IMG/VR virus record: IMGVR_UViG_3300017783_000009 | Length of the DNA: 64,000 nt | Direction: 5' to 3' (one strand) | Source: an uncultured virus (IMG/VR IMGVR_UViG_3300017783_000009) | Lineage: Duplodnaviria; Heunggongvirae; Uroviricota; Caudoviricetes | Shown here: in pieces, positions 55,863-64,000 of the stretch | Layout of the letters: the number at the start of each line of letters is the position of its first letter | Numbering within the stretch: position 1 is the stretch's first letter | The notes under the pieces: model-generated | The model's database searches: none | Told to the model about the DNA's origin: nothing | Seen by the model: the letters and a program-made list of their open reading frames with translations, nothing else | Program-made: the position numbers and the translations under genes

Positions 55863-58664
55863 ATGGCAACAAGAACACCAGACATCAAAGACAAGCAAAT
55901 ATTAGATCTTGTAGCCGGTGGCGAAAGCAACGGTGACTATAATGCTGTCTATGGTATTCCTGTTGGTAGTTCTAAACAGCCAGATTTTAGTAATATGACT
56001 ATCTCACAAGTTCAACAATTTCAACGTAATCAGATTACTAGTGGACAGGTTAGTAGTGCAGTTGGCAAGTATCAATTTATTCAAAGCACACTTTCTGAAA
56101 CAGTAGACCGTGCTGGCTTTAATCCAGAAACAACATATTTTACACCAGAAGTTCAAGATCAATTAATGACAACAAGATTAGATCAGCGTGGATTGTCAAG
56201 CTGGAAAGGTGGCAGCATGGATAATGCTACTTTCCAAGATAATCTTGCCAAAGAGTTTGCAAGTGTTCCTGTTGCTACTGCACAACAAGGTGCTCACGGA
56301 AGAATTTTTCCAGGACAAAGTTATTACGAAGGTGACGGTATAAACAGTGCCAAGCATGTTGATGCTACAAAGTTTACTAATAGTCTCAGTCAAATCAACA
56401 ATGAATCTGGAACACAGTTTATATCAGACAGTCAACCAGACGGACAGTTTGAAGGTCCAGACGCACCAAGTGGAGATTTATCAGATAGAGAGTATATTCC
56501 TTTTTCTCCAATTATGACTAACGAAGATGCTGATCGGTTAGCTAAAGGTTCAAACTTCCGTGAGTTTCAATTTGATCAACCTAGAGACAAAGGCACTGAA
56601 GCATTTCAAGAACTAACACAGTCATACTACGAAACATTTGAACAGCATTTCAAAAACAACCCACAATTAGACCCTGCAAAAGAAACAACATCTGGACCAA
56701 TGATAAATCAAGCAGAACAAATGATAAAATCAGATGATAAAGTTGAGCAGATTAAAGGTGAGGCAATATTAGAAGCGGCAAATCAATATGCTGCAAACAA
56801 TATAGACGAAGATACCTCAACAGTAGAAACAGCAACTGAAGAAGCAGTGTCAGACAAGATGGAAGAGGCTATTGAAAAATTTTATAATAAAAACCTTGTA
56901 AAGAAAAGCCCAGAACCTAACTGGTATACCAGTGTTGATTTACCGACATATAACTGGACATTCTATCTTACAAACAAAGAAGTATTTGACGAACCAGAAA
57001 ACTTTTTGAAAACCAAAGAACCAGATCCAAGTAAGGCAATTATAATTGCAAAATCAGGTGTAGAAGCAACTTACAGTATTGATAATTTTTTGTTTAATGC
57101 AATTTTATTTGGAGATGACACAAAAGGTTCAGCACAAACAAGCACTATGCAATTTGAATTAAAAGAGCCAATGGGATTTACATTATTGGATGGAATTTTA
57201 AGTCAAGCAGGAACATTCAATTTTAAAACTATGAAAGATGCGACATATGTTTTAAAACTAGAATTTCAAGGCAGAGAATTTCAAACAGGCAGAGTAGAAA
57301 AATATGATAGCATACATTTCTTTCCAGTTATTCCATATGGTGTTACTAGTGAAACAGGACCAGATGGTACTAGTTATATGTTTACATGCTTAACAATACC
57401 GAGTCTTGCAGCTATCGAAAATACAACATCTGCAGGTGAAGTACATGTAAAGGCTGTTGCTACACTAGGAGAATTTGCAGAAAAGTTAGAAGTAGGATTA
57501 AATCAAGTTGAAAAGTCAGCAATTAATCCACCACAGCCGGATAAAAGGGACGCACCAACACTTGAGCCAAGAAAAACATGGCAAATAGAATTTGGTGATA
57601 CAAGTGGATTTTCTTTAGATCAAATGCCTATAACATTTGCTAACAGTTCTGGCACTGCTAAAAATACCGAAGACTCTGATAAAATCGATGTAAGGATTCC
57701 ACACAACAGTAATGTTGTTTCATTTGTTAAAACGTTTATTACAAGACAATCGGCTTGGAATGAATATGTAAAAAAAGCACAAGACGAAGGATACACTACA
57801 CCTACAATAGAAATCACACAAGAAGTTGTAGGCACGTCTGGCAAAAAAGACAAACCAGATAATGTTACTCAACAAAAACCAATTACAACAATAATTACTA
57901 TTGGCATTAAGCAAAGATACGGTGTTGTAAGGACAGATGGATCAGACAATGGAAAATTATCAGACAAAAGTTATCAACAGACAAGATTTGATAAACTTCC
58001 CATAGTAAAAAAATATGATTATCTTTATACAGGTAAAAATACAGAAGTTCTAAGTTATTCTGCACAATTTAACATGCTATTTTCTATAAGCACAGACCCT
58101 AGACTTGCTTTTAATACAAGTAACAATCAAGTCGAGAAAGCTGGAACAAATTTACTACCTGCTGTATATTTGAGTGATATACCTGTTAATACAAATTCTC
58201 TAAATGTAATGGAAAACTTACCAAGAGATTATATAGTAAACACTCCAATAGATCAACAGCTTACAGAAGAAACAATTACAGTAAATCAAAGAGAAGCAGC
58301 ATATGCAGAAAGCTATGCTAACAGAACCGCAGATACGCAAATTATCGAAGTAGATATTATAGGTGATCCTTATCTATTAGGAGTACCCGGTGTGACAATT
58401 TCAGGCATGCCTAGTAAAACATTAAAAAATATAAATGCTACCAGCGATATATTTGTTGCATTTGTGAGTTATTTTCCATTAAATAAAAACACATTGGATA
58501 ATGCGTTTGACAAAGGTCCTATGGATTTATACACAAGTGGTGTATATGAACTTAGAGAAATTGAACATAGATTTCAACAAGGACAGTATGTAAGTAAATT
58601 ACGTATGTACAGAGACCATAAATCAAGCACATATTTTTTACAAGAGGAATTAAAGAATTTATAA
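55863..58664 (+). CDS. Baseplate hub protein (gp27-like) fused to an N-terminal lysozyme-like domain
   Basis: N-terminal GESNGDYN...SSAVGKYQFI...QD motif; C-terminal IIGDP...SGVY...IEHRF hub pattern. Confidence 0.75.
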   Translation: MATRTPDIKDKQILDLVAGGESNGDYNAVYGIPVGSSKQPDFSNMTISQVQQFQRNQITSGQVSSAVGKYQFIQSTLSETVDRAGFNPETTYFTPEVQDQLMTTRLDQRGLSSWKGGSMDNATFQDNLAKEFASVPVATAQQGAHGRIFPGQSYYEGDGINSAKHVDATKFTNSLSQINNESGTQFISDSQPDGQFEGPDAPSGDLSDREYIPFSPIMTNEDADRLAKGSNFREFQFDQPRDKGTEAFQELTQSYYETFEQHFKNNPQLDPAKETTSGPMINQAEQMIKSDDKVEQIKGEAILEAANQYAANNIDEDTSTVETATEEAVSDKMEEAIEKFYNKNLVKKSPEPNWYTSVDLPTYNWTFYLTNKEVFDEPENFLKTKEPDPSKAIIIAKSGVEATYSIDNFLFNAILFGDDTKGSAQTSTMQFELKEPMGFTLLDGILSQAGTFNFKTMKDATYVLKLEFQGREFQTGRVEKYDSIHFFPVIPYGVTSETGPDGTSYMFTCLTIPSLAAIENTTSAGEVHVKAVATLGEFAEKLEVGLNQVEKSAINPPQPDKRDAPTLEPRKTWQIEFGDTSGFSLDQMPITFANSSGTAKNTEDSDKIDVRIPHNSNVVSFVKTFITRQSAWNEYVKKAQDEGYTTPTIEITQEVVGTSGKKDKPDNVTQQKPITTIITIGIKQRYGVVRTDGSDNGKLSDKSYQQTRFDKLPIVKKYDYLYTGKNTEVLSYSAQFNMLFSISTDPRLAFNTSNNQVEKAGTNLLPAVYLSDIPVNTNSLNVMENLPRDYIVNTPIDQQLTEETITVNQREAAYAESYANRTADTQIIEVDIIGDPYLLGVPGVTISGMPSKTLKNINATSDIFVAFVSYFPLNKNTLDNAFDKGPMDLYTSGVYELREIEHRFQQGQYVSKLRMYRDHKSSTYFLQEELKNL

Positions 58665-59881
58665 TGGCAGGACCAGGATATAACGTAAAAGGATCAAAAA
58701 GTAGACCGTCAATGTCTACTAGAGATGAGAAGTTTGGTATTAACAACATCACAGGTGTATACGTGGGAACAGTTGTTAATAATGCAGATAGTCTGTACAC
58801 AGGTAGAATAAATGTTAGAATACCCGAGTTTGGTAGCCCAGTAGATGGTGAGGATGTTGGAACAATTTGTTTGCTTACAACTCCATACGGTGGTATAACA
58901 AGCATCAAAGGTAGCAGCCAAGAAATTACCAATTACGATGAAAGTCCAAAAAGTTATGGCATGTGGCCGCAGCCACCAGAAGTAGGGACACAGGTTGTTG
59001 TAGCATTTACTGGTGCAATGCATCAAGGTATACTAATAGGTAGCCTTATTGCAAAAGATAGAAACTATATGATGGGCGGCAATGCTAGCAGTTTGTCTTA
59101 TGCAGGTGATACACAAACTGTAACACCATCTAGTGAAAAAAATCCATACGACACTGTTGATCCAGATACAAGACCAGCAGATCCAGGATCAGCTATTAAT
59201 TTAGTTGAACAAGGACTAGCCGGTGATTTGTTAAGAGGACACAGTCAAAGTAGTGCAAGAAGAGAAAGTCCAAGTAAGGTTTTTGGAATTACAACCTTAG
59301 GCGGTCATACGCTTACATTAGACGATGGCGATGCTGAAGGCATTAGTAAAAACATTCGTATTAAAACCAGAGGTGGTGCTCAAGTTTTAATGGACGATAC
59401 AACAGGCACAGTGTTTATCAACAACCATGCTGCAAATGCTTATATAGAAATGGACAAAGATGGACGTATAGATATATACAGTCAAGAAGGTGTAAGTGTG
59501 CATACAGAAGGTGATTACAACATACACGCAGGCGGTAATATCAATATGCAAGCTGATTTAGGTATTAACATGAAAAGCACAGGTACAGGAATTAAATTGC
59601 ATAGCACAGTCGGCAACATAGATATTCATTCACAAACTGATATAAATTTACAAGCAGACGGCAACGGTAACTTATTAGTCGCAGGAAACTACACAGAAAC
59701 TGCCGGAAGGATAGACATGAACGGACCGCAAGCAGGTAGTACAACTGATCCTACATCAAGCCAGTTAGGAGAAAACACAGGTGTAAAAGAAAGTGTTGCA
59801 ACAAGAGTTCCAGAACATCATCCTTGGAAAGGTGCAACAGGTCAATATGAAAAGTTTACAACAGGAGAAGGTAACAAGTAA
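58664..59881 (+). CDS. Baseplate central spike (gp5/VgrG-like OB-fold plus beta-helix)
   Basis: GTVVNNAD...GRINVRIP, PEVGTQVVVAF, beta-repeat region, RVPEHHPW. Confidence 0.85.
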   Translation: MAGPGYNVKGSKSRPSMSTRDEKFGINNITGVYVGTVVNNADSLYTGRINVRIPEFGSPVDGEDVGTICLLTTPYGGITSIKGSSQEITNYDESPKSYGMWPQPPEVGTQVVVAFTGAMHQGILIGSLIAKDRNYMMGGNASSLSYAGDTQTVTPSSEKNPYDTVDPDTRPADPGSAINLVEQGLAGDLLRGHSQSSARRESPSKVFGITTLGGHTLTLDDGDAEGISKNIRIKTRGGAQVLMDDTTGTVFINNHAANAYIEMDKDGRIDIYSQEGVSVHTEGDYNIHAGGNINMQADLGINMKSTGTGIKLHSTVGNIDIHSQTDINLQADGNGNLLVAGNYTETAGRIDMNGPQAGSTTDPTSSQLGENTGVKESVATRVPEHHPWKGATGQYEKFTTGEGNK

Positions 59882-60600
59882 TGCCAGTAATAAACTTACC
59901 AAATATTATTACAGATGATATGCTAATTGATTACACTATTTTTAATGTAGTCAATACTTCCTATGTGAATGATACCAAACCTACAAAAGAGTTTGAAGCA
60001 AGTGAAGAATTAGTTAATTTTATTCTTAGAACAGAAAATTATACACCGTACTCGTATTTAGATATTGACGGCGTAATGAAAATAGGATATAATCTAAACA
60101 TCAATACAGACAGTAATGGACTCACAGAAGTAGAAGCCCATAACATTTTTATTGATCAATTAAAAATAGCAGAAAGAAAACTAAAACAATTATTACCAAT
60201 AGAAACTCTTTCCCAATCACAATATGATACATTATTAAGTGTTTATTATAAAACTGGTGACTTTAAAAAAATAGGAACCGAGCAACGTAAATTTGATGTA
60301 TATGATTATGTTAAAAATAAGCAATGGAATTACTATGCTACTGCACTAACAAACTGTGGCAATAATAGAAGTACACGACAACTAGAAGCAAGAATACTAA
60401 TGCTAGGCGATTATGGTAATGAGAAAAAAAGAGACTTTATCAAAGCTGCAAGTTTAAAAGCACTAGAAAGAGATTACCCTCTAAAAATGAAATCTGATAA
60501 ACAAAAGTTGCAAGCAGAAAGAGTTTACTTTGTAGAAACAAGCCGCTTCCTACCAGGAATGGATCAAGCAAGAATGCGCCTAGTAAAACAATTAGGTTAA
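59881..60600 (+). CDS. GH24 lysozyme-like protein, possibly degenerate
   Basis: E-x8-D-x5-K-IGY (Thr normally at the K position), LSQSQYDTL, RQLE. Confidence 0.6.
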   Translation: MPVINLPNIITDDMLIDYTIFNVVNTSYVNDTKPTKEFEASEELVNFILRTENYTPYSYLDIDGVMKIGYNLNINTDSNGLTEVEAHNIFIDQLKIAERKLKQLLPIETLSQSQYDTLLSVYYKTGDFKKIGTEQRKFDVYDYVKNKQWNYYATALTNCGNNRSTRQLEARILMLGDYGNEKKRDFIKAASLKALERDYPLKMKSDKQKLQAERVYFVETSRFLPGMDQARMRLVKQLG

Positions 60601-60628
60601 TAAATATAGTTGAATCGAGGAACATGTT

Positions 60629-61177
60629 TTGCCCAGTGTATTACTTTTAAATGCAGATGCATTACCATTGAGTCTATTACCACTAAGCACAATCAGTTGG
60701 CAAAGTGCTATCAAGACAATGTTTGGACAAAAAGTTCATGTAGTAAAAAACTATGAAGGTAGATACATAAGGTCTACAAGTTTAAGCATACCCATGCCCT
60801 CTGTGGTGATGCTCAGTAAATATCACAAACAACCAGCAAAAGCAAAATACACACGCCGCAATGTTTACATAAGAGATGATTATCGATGTCAATATTGCGG
60901 TAATTCTTTTAGTCACGACAATCTTACGTTAGATCATGTTAGGCCTAAATCAAAAGGCGGCAAACTGGGATGGACTAATACAGTTGCAGCATGTGGACCA
61001 TGTAATGTTAAAAAAGGTAGTAAAATTATTAAACCACTTAATATACCATATAGACCAACATGGCACGAAATAAACAACAACAGCAAGTATTATCCACTTA
61101 GTATACCGGATCCTAGCTGGCAAGATTTTATAAATTGGCCAGAAGATCAGCTTAAAATTGTCCCGTTAAGTATATAG
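60629..61177 (+). CDS. HNH endonuclease (McrA-like)
   Basis: RDDYRCQYCG, TLDHVRPKSKGG, WTNTVAACGPCNVKKG; TTG start after GAGG. Confidence 0.92.
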   Translation: MPSVLLLNADALPLSLLPLSTISWQSAIKTMFGQKVHVVKNYEGRYIRSTSLSIPMPSVVMLSKYHKQPAKAKYTRRNVYIRDDYRCQYCGNSFSHDNLTLDHVRPKSKGGKLGWTNTVAACGPCNVKKGSKIIKPLNIPYRPTWHEINNNSKYYPLSIPDPSWQDFINWPEDQLKIVPLSI

Positions 61178-61201
61178 TTAATTTTTCACATAAATAGTTG
61201 T

Positions 61202-61585
61202 ATGAGTAATATTATTGGCTATACAACAAAAAATACAAAATCTACTGCAAAAATTCTTGTAGGTTTAGATCTTGCAATGCAAGACCTCGAAAACCATTTC
61301 CACATTCGCAAAGGCGAAAAGTGGACGAACCCAGAGTTTGGTAGTAACCTACCTTATTTGGTATTCCAACCTTTAGATGATCTTACTATAAACGAAATAG
61401 AAGAAGATGTGATTAGCATTGTTAATTACGATCCACGCTTTCAATTAAGCGATTCTACTATTACTATAGATCAAGATGCACATTTTGTATATGTAAGTGC
61501 TAATTTAATATATCTCCCTACTAAAACTGCAACAGAGTTGCAACTTAAATTTGATAAAGAGTTTGAAGAAACTCTAGAGTATTAA
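61202..61585 (+). CDS. gp25: Baseplate wedge subunit (gp25-like)
   Basis: RKGEKWTNPEFGS...LVFQP...YDPR. Confidence 0.9.
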   Translation: MSNIIGYTTKNTKSTAKILVGLDLAMQDLENHFHIRKGEKWTNPEFGSNLPYLVFQPLDDLTINEIEEDVISIVNYDPRFQLSDSTITIDQDAHFVYVSANLIYLPTKTATELQLKFDKEFEETLEY

Positions 61586-61586
61586 A

Positions 61587-64000
61587 ATGGCACAAAACAC
61601 TAGACAAACAAAACTATTTGCGGCCGAAGACTACACAGTAGTATACGATAGCTTTATCAATGCAAATTTACAAGCATATGATTTTGACACTATACGTTCT
61701 GCTATGGTAGACTATGTTCGCAACAACTATCCTGAAAATTACAACGACTGGATTGAATCAGCAGAATTTGTTGCACTACTTGATGTAGTTGCACAGTTTG
61801 GACACAACTTGGCTTTTAGGGTTGATTTAAACACACGCAACAACTTTTTAAGTACAAGTGAAAGACAAGAAAGTATATTTAAACTAGCAGAATTTTTAGG
61901 CTACACACCAAAAAGAAATGTGCCAGCATTTGGTGAAATGAAGATTGTCAGTGTAAAAACAAACGAAGCAGTAATTGGTAGTGACGGAACAAGTTTAGGT
62001 GGTAAAGAATTAAGATTTGAAAACACATCTAATGTAAACAGCATGGATGATTTTATCACTGTTATGAATGCATTAATGCAAGACAGTAACACATTTGGTA
62101 GTCCTGTAAAACAAACAATTATTGATAACATCACTCATCAATTTTACAAATTAAAGAATAATGTTAATCAAATTAAATTTAACTTAATTGGTAGTGCTGC
62201 TGGTACTTCTAGTGTGTTTAATGTAGTAGGACTAGATGTAAACCAAAGAAGTATTATTGAAGAAGTTACACCAGATAAAAACAATGCATTCAGTATTGTA
62301 TACAAAAATGACGGTCAAGGTATAACAAGTGCAAACACAGGATTTTTAGTTGGACTAAAGCAAGGCGATTTACAATCTAGAGATTTTCCTATTTCAGATC
62401 CTATATCAAATATGAAACTTGATATAGACGTTTCAGATATCAACAACAGTGACGTATGGGTAGCTACCGTTAACGACACAGATGATACATTAACATATTG
62501 GACTAAAGTAGAAAATGTATATGGACAAAATGAAATTTACAATGCATTGCCAGGAACAGACAGAAATATATTCAGTGTAAAGACACGTGAGAATAATCAA
62601 ATAAGTGTATGCTTTAGTGATAGTAATTTTGGTAATCCACCTAAAGGAATTATTAGAGTATGGTTTAGAACAAGTGTTAACAATACATACACTCTACGTC
62701 CTGATGATTTAGGACCACAAAAAATTACAGTAAACTATATTGGCTCAGACGGTAATCAATATCAAGCAGTTATGGGATTACAATTAAAATCACCAATTGT
62801 TACAGCATCAGAAAGCGAAACTGCTAACAGTATAAAAGAGAATGCACCTCGTTTTTATAGTTCCCAAGGTAGAATGATCACTGCAAGTGATTATAATAAT
62901 GTAATTCAAACACAAAGCGAAGATGCACTCAAGATAAAATCTATTAATAGAACACACAGCGGACACAGCAGATTTCATCATACAATGGATCCAACAGGTG
63001 CATACACAAGTGTAAACATATTCAATAAAGACGGTAAAATATATGCATACAATGTTACAAACAATATATCAACTGCAACTAATGAATCGTCTAGTCAAGT
63101 TTACAACAAGTATTTAAAAAATATTTTTAACAACAGTGAGTTTTTAAATTTATACTATACTAAGTTTCCTTTTGATAGTTTAAAGCCAGCAGGCTATAAC
63201 ACAAACACATATGAATGGATACCAACTGGCTCAAATGCTTTAGGTGCAAACAATGGTTACTTTTTAGAAGGACCTGATTATGTAAAAGTAGGAAGCTCTC
63301 AGGCAGCATATACTAAACACATAGAAGTAGGTAGTTTGATTGAGTTTTCAGATGCTAACGATAGTAATCCTATGTGGGCAAGAGTTGTAAGAATATACAA
63401 CAACGGACTGGGTATATATGATGTAAATGGTGACGCTACAGGTCTTACTTCAGTAGGCAAAGGTAGTATTGTTTTAGATAGTGATATTCCGCCAACCAAA
63501 TATATCAAATCAATATATCCTGCATTTAACAGAGTGTTCAGTGATAGAGAAACACAAATTATACTAAATTTTTTAAAGTCACAAAAAACTTTTGCAATAT
63601 ATTATAACTTCGAAAAAACAAGTTGGGAAATATTTGAACCAGGTGTAGATGCAGTAAACACTAATCCATTTGCTACTTATAATACAACACAGTTTGACGA
63701 AAACTGGTTAGTTTGGTTAGAGTATAACAATGGTTCATATGATATATTAACAAGAACAATTAGATTTGAATTTGGTAGTGCTAATGTTGAGTTCAGTAAT
63801 ATATCAAACGAATACGAACTAGACACTTACACATTAAAAAGAGAAAAAGACACAATTACAGTTTTAAATGATCAATTTGATCCAGCAGGAACATTTTTCA
63901 TAAGTGGGTATTTTATTGACCAGAATGGTATATCAAATTCCCATAGAGTAATTATATCTTTAGAAGATTCAAACAACGATGTAAGACCAAATAATCCAAG
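61587..64000 (+). CDS. gp6: Baseplate wedge subunit (gp6-like), 5' part; runs off the window
   Basis: Manual translation MAQNTRQ...YDFDTIRSAMVDY...LLDVVA...NFLSTSERQESIFKLAEFLGYTPKR; absent from the track because it is truncated. Confidence 0.9.
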   Translation, partial: MAQNTRQTKLFAAEDYTVVYDSFINANLQAYDFDTIRSAMVDYVRNNYPENYNDWIESAEFVALLDVVAQFGHNLAFRVDLNTRNNFLSTSERQESIFKLAEFLGYTPKRNVPAFGEMKIVSVKTNEAVIGSDGTSLGGKELRFENTSNVNSMDDFITVMNALMQDSNTFGSPVKQTIIDNITHQFYKLKNNVNQIKFNLIGSAAGTSSVFNVVGLDVNQRSIIEEVTPDKNNAFSIVYKNDGQGITSANTGFLVGLKQGDLQSRDFPISDPISNMKLDIDVSDINNSDVWVATVNDTDDTLTYWTKVENVYGQNEIYNALPGTDRNIFSVKTRENNQISVCFSDSNFGNPPKGIIRVWFRTSVNNTYTLRPDDLGPQKITVNYIGSDGNQYQAVMGLQLKSPIVTASESETANSIKENAPRFYSSQGRMITASDYNNVIQTQSEDALKIKSINRTHSGHSRFHHTMDPTGAYTSVNIFNKDGKIYAYNVTNNISTATNESSSQVYNKYLKNIFNNSEFLNLYYTKFPFDSLKPAGYNTNTYEWIPTGSNALGANNGYFLEGPDYVKVGSSQAAYTKHIEVGSLIEFSDANDSNPMWARVVRIYNNGLGIYDVNGDATGLTSVGKGSIVLDSDIPPTKYIKSIYPAFNRVFSDRETQIILNFLKSQKTFAIYYNFEKTSWEIFEPGVDAVNTNPFATYNTTQFDENWLVWLEYNNGSYDILTRTIRFEFGSANVEFSNISNEYELDTYTLKREKDTITVLNDQFDPAGTFFISGYFIDQNGISNSHRVIISLEDSNNDVRPNNP

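Noticed and set aside
60629..61177. HNH gene as an intron-encoded or RNA-guided (IscB/HEARO-type) nuclease
   Set aside because: Flanking genes are intact, there are no RuvC motifs, and no room for an adjacent structured RNA

Overview
The window is part of the genome of a large, AT-rich, T4-like (myovirus) phage, probably aquatic. It covers most of the virion morphogenesis region: terminase, head completion, tail tube and sheath, neck, fibres, capsid/scaffold/protease/portal, two tape-measure-like genes and baseplate. It also holds a gp55 late sigma-gp47-gp46-resolvase operon. Late genes are preceded by a T4-like (N)ATAAATA motif, and interspersed accessory genes by near-consensus sigma70 promoters. 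Accessory genes include SbmA/BacA-like and PiT-like transporters, a ferritin-like di-iron protein, a glutamine amidotransferase, glycosyltransferases and SGNH hydrolases. The strongest unexplained signals are non-coding or recoding features. (1) A ~345-nt, densely base-paired RNA-like element with two predicted pseudoknots lies directly behind the PD-(D/E)XK resolvase-like gene. (2) A ~200-nt candidate RNA has its own promoter and terminator. (3) A probable programmed -1 frameshift extends the gp26-like hub chaperone. All assignments come from reading motifs by eye; no database search or folding program was run, and the host cannot be determined from this window.
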